A stretch of 49,329 nucleotides of DNA from Bradyrhizobium sp. Its GTDB lineage: Bacteria > Pseudomonadota > Alphaproteobacteria > Rhizobiales > Xanthobacteraceae. The notes below the pieces were generated by a model. The model was not told the DNA's origin. It worked only from the letters and a program-made list of their open reading frames with translations, and did not search any database. The position numbers were made by a program, and so were the translations under genes. This document shows, one piece after another, positions 42,729-49,329 of the stretch; the stretch's first letter is position 1, and every line of letters starts with the position of its first letter. The DNA lies in the NCBI GenBank assembly GCA_019243075.1, contig JAFAUV010000190.1, positions 1 through 49,329 on the forward strand, in the 5' to 3' direction.

Positions 42729-42932
42729 TCAGCTTCGGCCGGTGGGACGGGCCGCCGCCTCACGGGCGAGCCGCAAGGCCTTCAGGCGTTCGCGGTTCTC
42801 GTAAAAGGCCTTTTGCGCGGCCTCGTGCTCGCGCATGGCCTGCTCGGCATCGGCGCGGCGGGCCGCGTCGCGCGCTTTGCGCTCTTCCGGCGTGAGGATT
42901 TTCGGGGAGCGGACGGAATAATCTTCGGTCAT
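42729..42932 (-). CDS. Small charged helical protein (67 aa)
   Basis: MTEDYSVR…AFYENRERLKALRLAREAA; preceded by an EcfG-type promoter. Confidence 0.75.
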   Translation of the reverse strand: MTEDYSVRSPKILTPEERKARDAARRADAEQAMREHEAAQKAFYENRERLKALRLAREAAARPTGRS

Positions 42933-42939
42933 ACGCGGC

Positions 42940-42964
42940 AACGCCCCTGGCGGCCAAAAGTTCC
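42940..42964 (-). promoter_or_regulatory. sigmaEcfG (general stress response) promoter
   Basis: Minus strand GGAAC-N16-CGTT, 7 nt before the ATG at 42932. Confidence 0.7.
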
Positions 42965-42977
42965 CTGGGTTCCCTTC

Positions 42978-44654
42978 TCAGCGCTCCGCCGTCAGCACCA
43001 CGTCGTCCATGACCAACGCATCGATGCCGGACTTGCGGAAGGTGACGATTGCGTCGGTCGGCGTGCACACGATCGGCTCGCTGTCGTTGAAGGACGTGTT
43101 GACGACCAGCGGCACGCCGGTCTTCGCATGGAAGCAGGCGAGAAGCTCGTGAAAGCGCGGATTGGACCTGCGGCTCACGAGCTGCACCCGCGCGGTGCCG
43201 TCCTGGTGCACGACGGCAGGAATGCGATCGCGCTGGGCGGCCTTCACCACAGGTGCAAACAGCATGAATTCGTGGCTCGCCAGATGCGTGCCGATCTCGA
43301 ACCATTCGTCGGCGTGCTCGGCCATGACGCTCGGGGCGAAAGGGCGAAAATCCTCCCGGTGCTTGACCTTCTGATTGAGGATGTTGCGCATCTCCGGACG
43401 GCGCGGGTCGGCGAGCAGCGAGCGGTTGCCGAGCGCGCGCGGCCCGAACTCCATCCGGCCCTGAAACCAGGCCACGATCTTGCCGTCGGCGATCATCCTG
43501 GCCGCGTCGCGGGCAGGGGATTTGCTCTGCCTTGCGGCAAGACCGGCCGATTTCACCGCTGCCAGGATTTGGCGACGGCTGAATGCAGGCCCGAGATACG
43601 GCGTCGAGTGGCCCCTCTGCGGAGGCTTCTTCGCCTTGGCGCAATGCACGATCATGGCAGCGCCGATCGCGGTCCCCGCGTCGTGCGGTGCCGACGGTAT
43701 GAACACGTGCGAGAACTCGCCCGATCGCCGCAGAAACTCGTTGGTCGTGCAATTGAGCGCGACGCCGCCGGCAAGGCAGAGGTTGTCGAACGGCACCTTG
43801 CGCTTCAGGCGTCGTACCAGTGCGGCGACGGCGGCGTTCGTAGCCTCCTGCAGTGCCGCCGCGATGTCGGCATGCCGCGGCAGGAGTTCGGGATCCATAT
43901 AGCGCGGCGGGCCGAACAACGCTTCCAATCTGTCGAACTTGGTCGGCAGAAAGCCGAGCACTTCCTGGTCTACCGCATACTCCTCCTCGTCGACGCGCAG
44001 GATCGACTGGATTTGACGGCGGTAGACCTCGGGATTGCCGTATGCGGCGAGCCCCATGACTTTCGAAGCGTCGTAGTTCGAGAAGCCGAGATGACTGCCG
44101 ATTACCTCCCATAGGAAACCGAGCGAGTTCGGATAGTCGAACATCTCGATGGGCCGAATGTGGTGGCCTTCGGCCTTGGCGAGCTCCGAGCCGGCCGTCT
44201 CGCCGATCCCGTCGATCGACAGGATCGCCGCGCGATCGAAGCCGGAGGGGAAATATGCGGAAGCGGCGTGGGCGAGATGGTGGGATACGAAATGAAATCG
44301 TTGCCCGAGCGGGCGGCCGAGAATTTCCTCGGCGACAGGGCGCACCTGGCCGATGCGCAATCGGAATGTTTCCTCAAACCTCGGATCCCACCATTCGGCG
44401 CGATAGCGCTTGCGGCGCCGGGGGGGATCGAAGGAATAGGCGACATGATCGATATCGTCGCCGGTGAGCCCGGCCTGCTTCAGGCAGTAACGAATCGCGC
44501 GCTCGGGGAATTGATGCGGATTGTCGAAATTCGCTTCCTTGCCATGCTTGATGCGGTTGAAGCGCTCCTCCTCGACGGCGGCGACGAGCTTTCCATCGAC
44601 GAGCAGCGCCGCGGCCGATTCGTGATACACCGCGTTGATTCCAAGAATGTTCAC
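42978..44654 (-). CDS. O-carbamoyltransferase (NodU/CmcH/TobZ family)
   Basis: ILGI…HESAAAL..DG…EEERF.R.KH, HHLAHAASA, DGIGE, KVMGLAAYG, GGVALNC, EFGPRALGNRS, RPFAP, NTSFN. Confidence 0.95.
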   Translation of the reverse strand: MNILGINAVYHESAAALLVDGKLVAAVEEERFNRIKHGKEANFDNPHQFPERAIRYCLKQAGLTGDDIDHVAYSFDPPRRRKRYRAEWWDPRFEETFRLRIGQVRPVAEEILGRPLGQRFHFVSHHLAHAASAYFPSGFDRAAILSIDGIGETAGSELAKAEGHHIRPIEMFDYPNSLGFLWEVIGSHLGFSNYDASKVMGLAAYGNPEVYRRQIQSILRVDEEEYAVDQEVLGFLPTKFDRLEALFGPPRYMDPELLPRHADIAAALQEATNAAVAALVRRLKRKVPFDNLCLAGGVALNCTTNEFLRRSGEFSHVFIPSAPHDAGTAIGAAMIVHCAKAKKPPQRGHSTPYLGPAFSRRQILAAVKSAGLAARQSKSPARDAARMIADGKIVAWFQGRMEFGPRALGNRSLLADPRRPEMRNILNQKVKHREDFRPFAPSVMAEHADEWFEIGTHLASHEFMLFAPVVKAAQRDRIPAVVHQDGTARVQLVSRRSNPRFHELLACFHAKTGVPLVVNTSFNDSEPIVCTPTDAIVTFRKSGIDALVMDDVVLTAER

Positions 44655-44875
44655 CTGCTCACCCAGGATCAGAAAATTCTGCTGCGCGCGCCTGGTGTGG
44701 CCAGGCTTGCCAGGATTGTGCCGTGCATCACGGCAGTCTTTGCGGGCATCTTCGTGGCGCGCCTCGTGGACAGTCTCGATAAAACGAGAGAGTATCTGGC
44801 GCGCCTCGATCCGTCAGCGCGCCAATCTGCCGCGCCCCAGGATCGTTGCAAGAGCCGTGACCGGGAGACGACGCC

Positions 44876-45661
44876 GTGCAGCAGCAACAAACCCAGGAAC
44901 GATTCGATCTGGCCGGCATGGTAGCCGATCTCAACAGCCTGTTGCGGCTGAAGACGACGGTGACCGGCATCAAGATGTTCGCGCGCGTCGAGGACATGGA
45001 GGCGGTCCCGAAAATCCGTCGCCCGAGCGCTGTCCACACGACCGACCAGATCGTCAGCATGGCCTCGCGGCTCGGCTGGACCGTCGGCATCACCGCCGAG
45101 GACCTCGTGGGCGCGCAATGCCGCGCGGTGATCGGGCTCGGTCCGCAGGACGAGACATGGCTGGAAGGCGCGAATTATGTCGGCGTCTGGCACGGCACCG
45201 CCGAGGATGCGCGCAAGCGCCAGCAGGCGCTGGACGTGGTGCCGTTCGGTCAATATCGGGCGATGGCGGTGAGCCCACTCGCCTCTGGCCGGCTCGATCC
45301 GCCGGACATTTGCCTCGTCTATGCCACGCCCGGCCAGATGATCATCCTGATCAACGGCCTGCAATATACCGGCTACCGGAAGTTCGAATGGGGCGTGGTC
45401 GGCGAGACCGCCTGCGCGGATTCGTGGGGCCGGGCACTGAAGACCGGCGAGCCGTCGCTCTCGCTGCCATGCTTTGCCGAGCGCCGTTATGGCGGCGTGC
45501 CCGACGAAGAGATGTTAATGGCGCTGCAACCTTCCCATCTCGAGAAAGCCATCACCGGCATGAAGCAACTCGCCAGGAACGGCCTGCGCTATCCGATCGC
45601 GCCCTACGGCATCCAGAGCGACGTGCGCGCCGGCATGGGCGTGAGCTATGGGAAGAAATGA
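44876..45661 (+). CDS. DUF169 family protein
   Basis: PPDICLVYATPGQM, GETACAD, SLPCFAERRYGG..DEEM; GTG start with GGAG. Confidence 0.85.
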   Translation: MQQQQTQERFDLAGMVADLNSLLRLKTTVTGIKMFARVEDMEAVPKIRRPSAVHTTDQIVSMASRLGWTVGITAEDLVGAQCRAVIGLGPQDETWLEGANYVGVWHGTAEDARKRQQALDVVPFGQYRAMAVSPLASGRLDPPDICLVYATPGQMIILINGLQYTGYRKFEWGVVGETACADSWGRALKTGEPSLSLPCFAERRYGGVPDEEMLMALQPSHLEKAITGMKQLARNGLRYPIAPYGIQSDVRAGMGVSYGKK

Positions 45662-45696
45662 TTTAATTGTCCGTGGAGGGAGCGGAGCGACGAAAT

Positions 45697-45786
45697 CGTA
45701 GGGAAGGCAAAGGCGCGCTTGCGCCGTGCCCACCGTCAACGACGTGACTCGCAATGGTGGACACGCTTCGCTTGGCCCACCCTACG
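45697..45786. repeat. GTAG-family REP doublet (REPIN-like)
   Basis: CGTAGGG…GGCAAAGGCGC.CTTGCGCCGTGCCCACC-spacer-GGTGGACACGCTTCGCTTGGCCCACCCTACG inverted pair. Confidence 0.85.
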
Positions 45787-45823
45787 CAGCTCGCTCGCGG
45801 TGAGGGACTAAGAAGGAACCAAA

Positions 45824-47005
45824 ATGACGTCTGCGAAGAAGTTCGATATCGTGGTCTACGGCGCAACCGGCTTTACCGGCCAGCTCGTCGCCGAATATCT
45901 CGCCTCGCGCTACAGGAACGACGCGCAATTGAAATGGGCGATGGCAGGCCGCAGCCTCGACAAGCTCAAATCCGTGCGCGATGCGATTGGAGCGTCCGCG
46001 GACACGCCGCTGATTGCGGCCGATTCCAGCGATGCCGCTTCGCTGAAGGCGATGGTCGACCAGACCAGATCCGTGCTGACGACCGTGGGCCCGTACCAAT
46101 GGTACGGCAACGAGCTGATTGCGGCCTGCGCCGCCTCGGGTACGGATTATCTCGATCTCTGCGGTGAGCCGGTCTGGATGCGACAGATGATCGACAAGCA
46201 CGAGGCTGAGGCGAAAGCGAGCGGAGCGCGCATCGTGTTCTCCTGCGGCTTCGATTCGGTGCCGTTCGAGCTTGGCGCCTTTTACGTGCAGGAAGAAGCC
46301 AAACGAGTCTTCGGCGCGTCGGCCGCGCGAGTCAAGGGCCGCGTGCGCGACATGCGCGGCACGTTTTCGGGTGGCACCGCGGCAAGCGGCCGCGCGACGT
46401 TCGAAGCCGTCTCCAAGGACCTCAGCCTGGTTGCGATCCTGAACGACCCTTTTGCGCTGACGCCGGGCTTCAAGGGCGCAAAGCAGCCGAAGGGCAACAA
46501 GGTGGTCTACGAGGACGACCTGCACTCATGGACCGCGCCGTTCACGATGGCGCTGATCAACACCCGCAACGTCCATCGCTCCAACATGCTGATGGGTTTT
46601 CCATATGGGCGGGAGTTCGTCTACGATGAGATGGTCGTGACCGGTCCCGGTGAGAAGGGCGAGGCCAACGCCAAGAAGGTGATGGCGGCCAACGCCGAGA
46701 AGACCGGACCGAAGGCGCTGAAGCCCGGCGAGGGACCTTCGAAGGAGGAACAGCAGAACGGGCTCTACGACCTGCTCTATGTTGCGGTCGCGGCCGATGG
46801 CCGCGAGGTCCGCATCTCCGTGAAGGGCGATCGCGATCCGGGCTACGGCTCGACCTCGAAGATCATCTCCGAGTGTGCAGTCTGCCTCGTGCGCGATACG
46901 CCCGGCGTGCCAGGGGGATTCTGGACGCCGGGCGCAGCCATGCAGCACAAGCTCATCAAGCGGCTTTCCGATAACGCTGGCCTGACGTTTGCGGCGGAGT
47001 CCTGA
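45824..47005 (+). CDS. Saccharopine-dehydrogenase-like / trans-acting enoyl reductase
   Basis: YGATGFTG, TTVGPY..YG, YLDLCGE, CGFDSVP, SGGT, DPGYGST. Confidence 0.9.
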   Translation: MTSAKKFDIVVYGATGFTGQLVAEYLASRYRNDAQLKWAMAGRSLDKLKSVRDAIGASADTPLIAADSSDAASLKAMVDQTRSVLTTVGPYQWYGNELIAACAASGTDYLDLCGEPVWMRQMIDKHEAEAKASGARIVFSCGFDSVPFELGAFYVQEEAKRVFGASAARVKGRVRDMRGTFSGGTAASGRATFEAVSKDLSLVAILNDPFALTPGFKGAKQPKGNKVVYEDDLHSWTAPFTMALINTRNVHRSNMLMGFPYGREFVYDEMVVTGPGEKGEANAKKVMAANAEKTGPKALKPGEGPSKEEQQNGLYDLLYVAVAADGREVRISVKGDRDPGYGSTSKIISECAVCLVRDTPGVPGGFWTPGAAMQHKLIKRLSDNAGLTFAAES

Positions 47006-48194
47006 CTTCACGCACGTCGTAGCCGTAGATCCAGTCCTGGCCGCGGGCATTCAAAGGCAGCATGAGCTTGATCATGTGATCGCGGATCCAGGCGGCGGTG
47101 CGGCTGAACTCCTTCTTCTGGTTGCCGTTGCGGCGGGCCAGCGCCACCAGCCGTTCCGCGCGCGGCCGCCGCTCGCGCTCGAAGTTCTGAAAGGCAATGC
47201 CGATGTCGGGCTCGTCCTGAAGCGTGCGGACCAGCCGGTAGGCGTCTTCGAGTGCGATCGAGGCGCCCTGGCCGGCATGTGGGCTGGTGGCGTGCGCGGC
47301 GTCTCCGATCAGCAGCGTCCGCCCGCGCGACCAGTTCGGCAAGGTCGCGACATCGAGCGTCGGAGTGACGATGATCTCCTCCAATGCATCGATGAGTTGT
47401 GGAATCGGATCATGCCAGCCGGCATGGAAGCGCTTCAGGTGCCGCTTGAGTGCGGCTTGGTCCATGGCGCGGAAGGTAGCGGCATCGATATCGTGGGTGG
47501 GCTGGCTGCTCCAGCACATCGCGCCATGGGCATCCGGCGCGCAAAAGCCGTAACCGAAGAAGCCGCTGCGGCCGAAAGTCATGGCGAGGCTCGGCCGCGT
47601 GCCCGCGGCCTCCAGCAGCGCCCGCGGCACGAAGCCGCCGAATCCGACAAGGCCCGTATCGCTGGGCATAGGTCCATCAGGCGCGACATGGCTGCGCACC
47701 GCAGAATGCACCCCGTCGGCACCGATCATGAAATCGCCTTCGGCGCTCGAGCCATCGGCGAAATGTGCGACGATCGCCTGGTCGGGACGATCCTCGATGC
47801 GTACGAGCCGCTTCTCGAAATGCATTTCGACGCAGCAGGACCAGGCCTTGTCGACAATGGCCTCGTTCAGCATGGCGCGGCGCATGCTGACCGAGGGCAG
47901 GCCGAAGCGCTTCTCCATGTTGCGGTTGATCGAGCCGAGCGGGGACCCAGACTGCGAATAGAAATCGATCGATTCGCAGACCGAACCGCCCTGGATCAAT
48001 TCGCCCGCCAAGCCGACCTCGGCGAGCACGCGCATGCCGTTCGGCGCGATCTGCAAGCCGCCGCCGATGCCGGTGGAATAGGGCCAGGCTTCATAGACGG
48101 CGACGTCGAAACCGGCCTTTTTCAGCAGGATGGCGGTCACGGGACCGGCGATGCCGGCGCCGATGACGAGGGCCTTGCGGGGGCGGTGGGTCAT
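46956..48194 (-). CDS. FAD-dependent monooxygenase (group A aromatic hydroxylase-like)
   Basis: GAGIAG, IGADGVHSAVR, LIGDAAHATSPHAGQGASIALED. Confidence 0.93.
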   Translation of the reverse strand: MTHRPRKALVIGAGIAGPVTAILLKKAGFDVAVYEAWPYSTGIGGGLQIAPNGMRVLAEVGLAGELIQGGSVCESIDFYSQSGSPLGSINRNMEKRFGLPSVSMRRAMLNEAIVDKAWSCCVEMHFEKRLVRIEDRPDQAIVAHFADGSSAEGDFMIGADGVHSAVRSHVAPDGPMPSDTGLVGFGGFVPRALLEAAGTRPSLAMTFGRSGFFGYGFCAPDAHGAMCWSSQPTHDIDAATFRAMDQAALKRHLKRFHAGWHDPIPQLIDALEEIIVTPTLDVATLPNWSRGRTLLIGDAAHATSPHAGQGASIALEDAYRLVRTLQDEPDIGIAFQNFERERRPRAERLVALARRNGNQKKEFSRTAAWIRDHMIKLMLPLNARGQDWIYGYDVREVRTPPQTSGQRYRKAA

Positions 48195-48238
48195 GAACTT
48201 GCTCCTGGTGCCGCAGGGGTTTAAGAATTCGGGGATGC

Positions 48239-48279
48239 TATATATCTTAGTTTCTAAGATATATACGAACTAAGATATA
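48239..48279. promoter_or_regulatory. MarR operator: perfect 12-bp inverted repeat plus a third half-site
   Basis: TATATATCTTAG-TTT-CTAAGATATATA (48239-48265) and CTAAGATATA (48270-48279), between the divergent monooxygenase and marR genes. Confidence 0.8.
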
Positions 48280-48288
48280 GGGCCGAGC

Positions 48289-48813
48289 TTGTCAAGGACG
48301 AAAACCCGCGCGGCATTGCTGCAGGAACTCGAGAACGCCATGCGAAAAGCCTCATCGCAGGGGGCGATGTTTGCGAAGGCCGTGGCCGATAGCGCCAAAA
48401 TCTCGGCTTCCGACATGGACTGCATCGATTTCGTCAATATGGAAGGGCGCATGACCGCCGGCCGGCTCGCGGAATTGACCGGCCTCACCTCAGGCGCGAT
48501 CACCGGCGTGGTCGACCGGCTGGAAAAGGCCGGTTTCGTGCGCCGCGAACGCGACGAGAGCGACCGCCGCAAGGTGTTCATCGCGCCGGTGGCAGAACGG
48601 ATGATGGAGATCGGCCGCTTCTACGAACTCGTAAGGCGCGCGATGCGCAAGCAAGCCGAACCATATGATGATGCCGAGCTCGAGCTTTTGCTGCGCTATG
48701 CGACCGAGAGCTATCGGTCGATGCTGAATGCGACCACGCAGCTCAAGACCATGATCGAGACCGCGCAAAAGGAGAAGCCGGTTCGGCCTGCAAAACCTCG
48801 GCGGGCGTCGTGA
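48289..48813 (+). CDS. MarR-family regulator
   Basis: TAGRLAELTGLTSGAITGVVDRLEKAGFVRR…DRRKV. Confidence 0.92.
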   Translation: MSRTKTRAALLQELENAMRKASSQGAMFAKAVADSAKISASDMDCIDFVNMEGRMTAGRLAELTGLTSGAITGVVDRLEKAGFVRRERDESDRRKVFIAPVAERMMEIGRFYELVRRAMRKQAEPYDDAELELLLRYATESYRSMLNATTQLKTMIETAQKEKPVRPAKPRRAS

Positions 48814-49329
48814 GCGGCGCTTCGGCGCGCACCTTGTAGGGTTGCGCGGCGGCGATCATGCCCCACATCGCGCCCAGCATCATCCAGAAATGCCGCCAGT
48901 GGTCGGTGTCGATGACGAAGCTTTCACCGACAGTGCCGATGAAGGCCGCGAAGATCGCCAGATAAGCACGCTGCCAGGGCACGCGGACCGAGACGTTCTT
49001 GAATCCGAGAACGACCGTCGTGAAGACGAGCGCGGGATACGAGATGCCGGATAGCCAGCCGCCCGACATGAAGGCGTTGAGATAGGAGTTGTGGGTATCT
49101 TCGGGGAAGTAATGGCGAAACTGCAGCGGCCCGATGCCGAGCGGCAGCTCCAGCGCCATGGCGGCGCCGAGGAGGTGGCGGCCGAAACGGCCGAAACGGC
49201 CCTCGTCATAGCTCTGGTCGAAACTCGCGCGCTGCCTGAACATGTCGGCGACGGAGTCGGACGAGAGCAGCACGGCAAGCAGCAGGGCTGCGGCAACGAT
49301 GGCGACCACGGTCAGCATCACGATGCGCG
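48743..49329 (-). CDS. O-antigen ligase/Wzy-like membrane protein (5' part outside the window)
   Basis: PLGIGP…THNSYL…GWL and IDTDHWRH motifs. Confidence 0.8.
   Translation of the reverse strand, partial: RIVMLTVVAIVAAALLLAVLLSSDSVADMFRQRASFDQSYDEGRFGRFGRHLLGAAMALELPLGIGPLQFRHYFPEDTHNSYLNAFMSGGWLSGISYPALVFTTVVLGFKNVSVRVPWQRAYLAIFAAFIGTVGESFVIDTDHWRHFWMMLGAMWGMIAAAQPYKVRAEAPLTTPAEVLQAEPASPFARSRSWS

Noticed and set aside
42978-44654. Calling the carbamoyltransferase nodU or nolO
   Set aside because: No nod genes or nod box nearby; family membership alone does not support the symbol.

Overview
High-GC alphaproteobacterial chromosomal window. Gene order and protein style point to Bradyrhizobiaceae/Nitrobacteraceae, probably Bradyrhizobium (inference). 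Most of it is core genome: rnc-era-(membrane protein)-recO, parC, mntH with a Fur/Mur box, ate/bpt, hemB, ldtR and an L,D-transpeptidase, glyA-nrdR-ribD-ribE-ribH-nusB-thiL, a K+-independent H+-PPase, bamE, cbp3-yceD, plsX-fabH-ihfA-merR-tRNA-Pro(GGG). Accessory singletons are interleaved: an acyltransferase-3, a CDF transporter, two MFS transporters, a class III cyclase, an orphan HAD-like protein, a vapBC-type TA pair, an SDR, a gcrA paralog with a small RHH-like partner, DUF445, an acetamidase, YdcF, an orphan carbamoyltransferase, DUF169, a saccharopine-dehydrogenase-like reductase, a FAD monooxygenase/MarR pair and a partial O-antigen-ligase-like gene. I saw no CRISPR array, prophage, integrase or IS. 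The most interesting signals are small-scale. (1) A two-gene RHH + gcrA-paralog unit lies behind a perfect CtrA box that contains a CcrM GANTC site. (2) Two NrdR-box-like sites 31 bp apart overlap the glyA-nrdR promoter, next to a structured ncRNA/sORF candidate. (3) ribH has a low-GC internal patch. (4) Several small proteins are related to each other, one of them missing from the ORF track. (5) There is a frameshifted alpha/beta-hydrolase relic. (6) yceD carries an RDPS VNTR. All assignments are by eye, without database searches. No clearly novel multi-gene system is proven.
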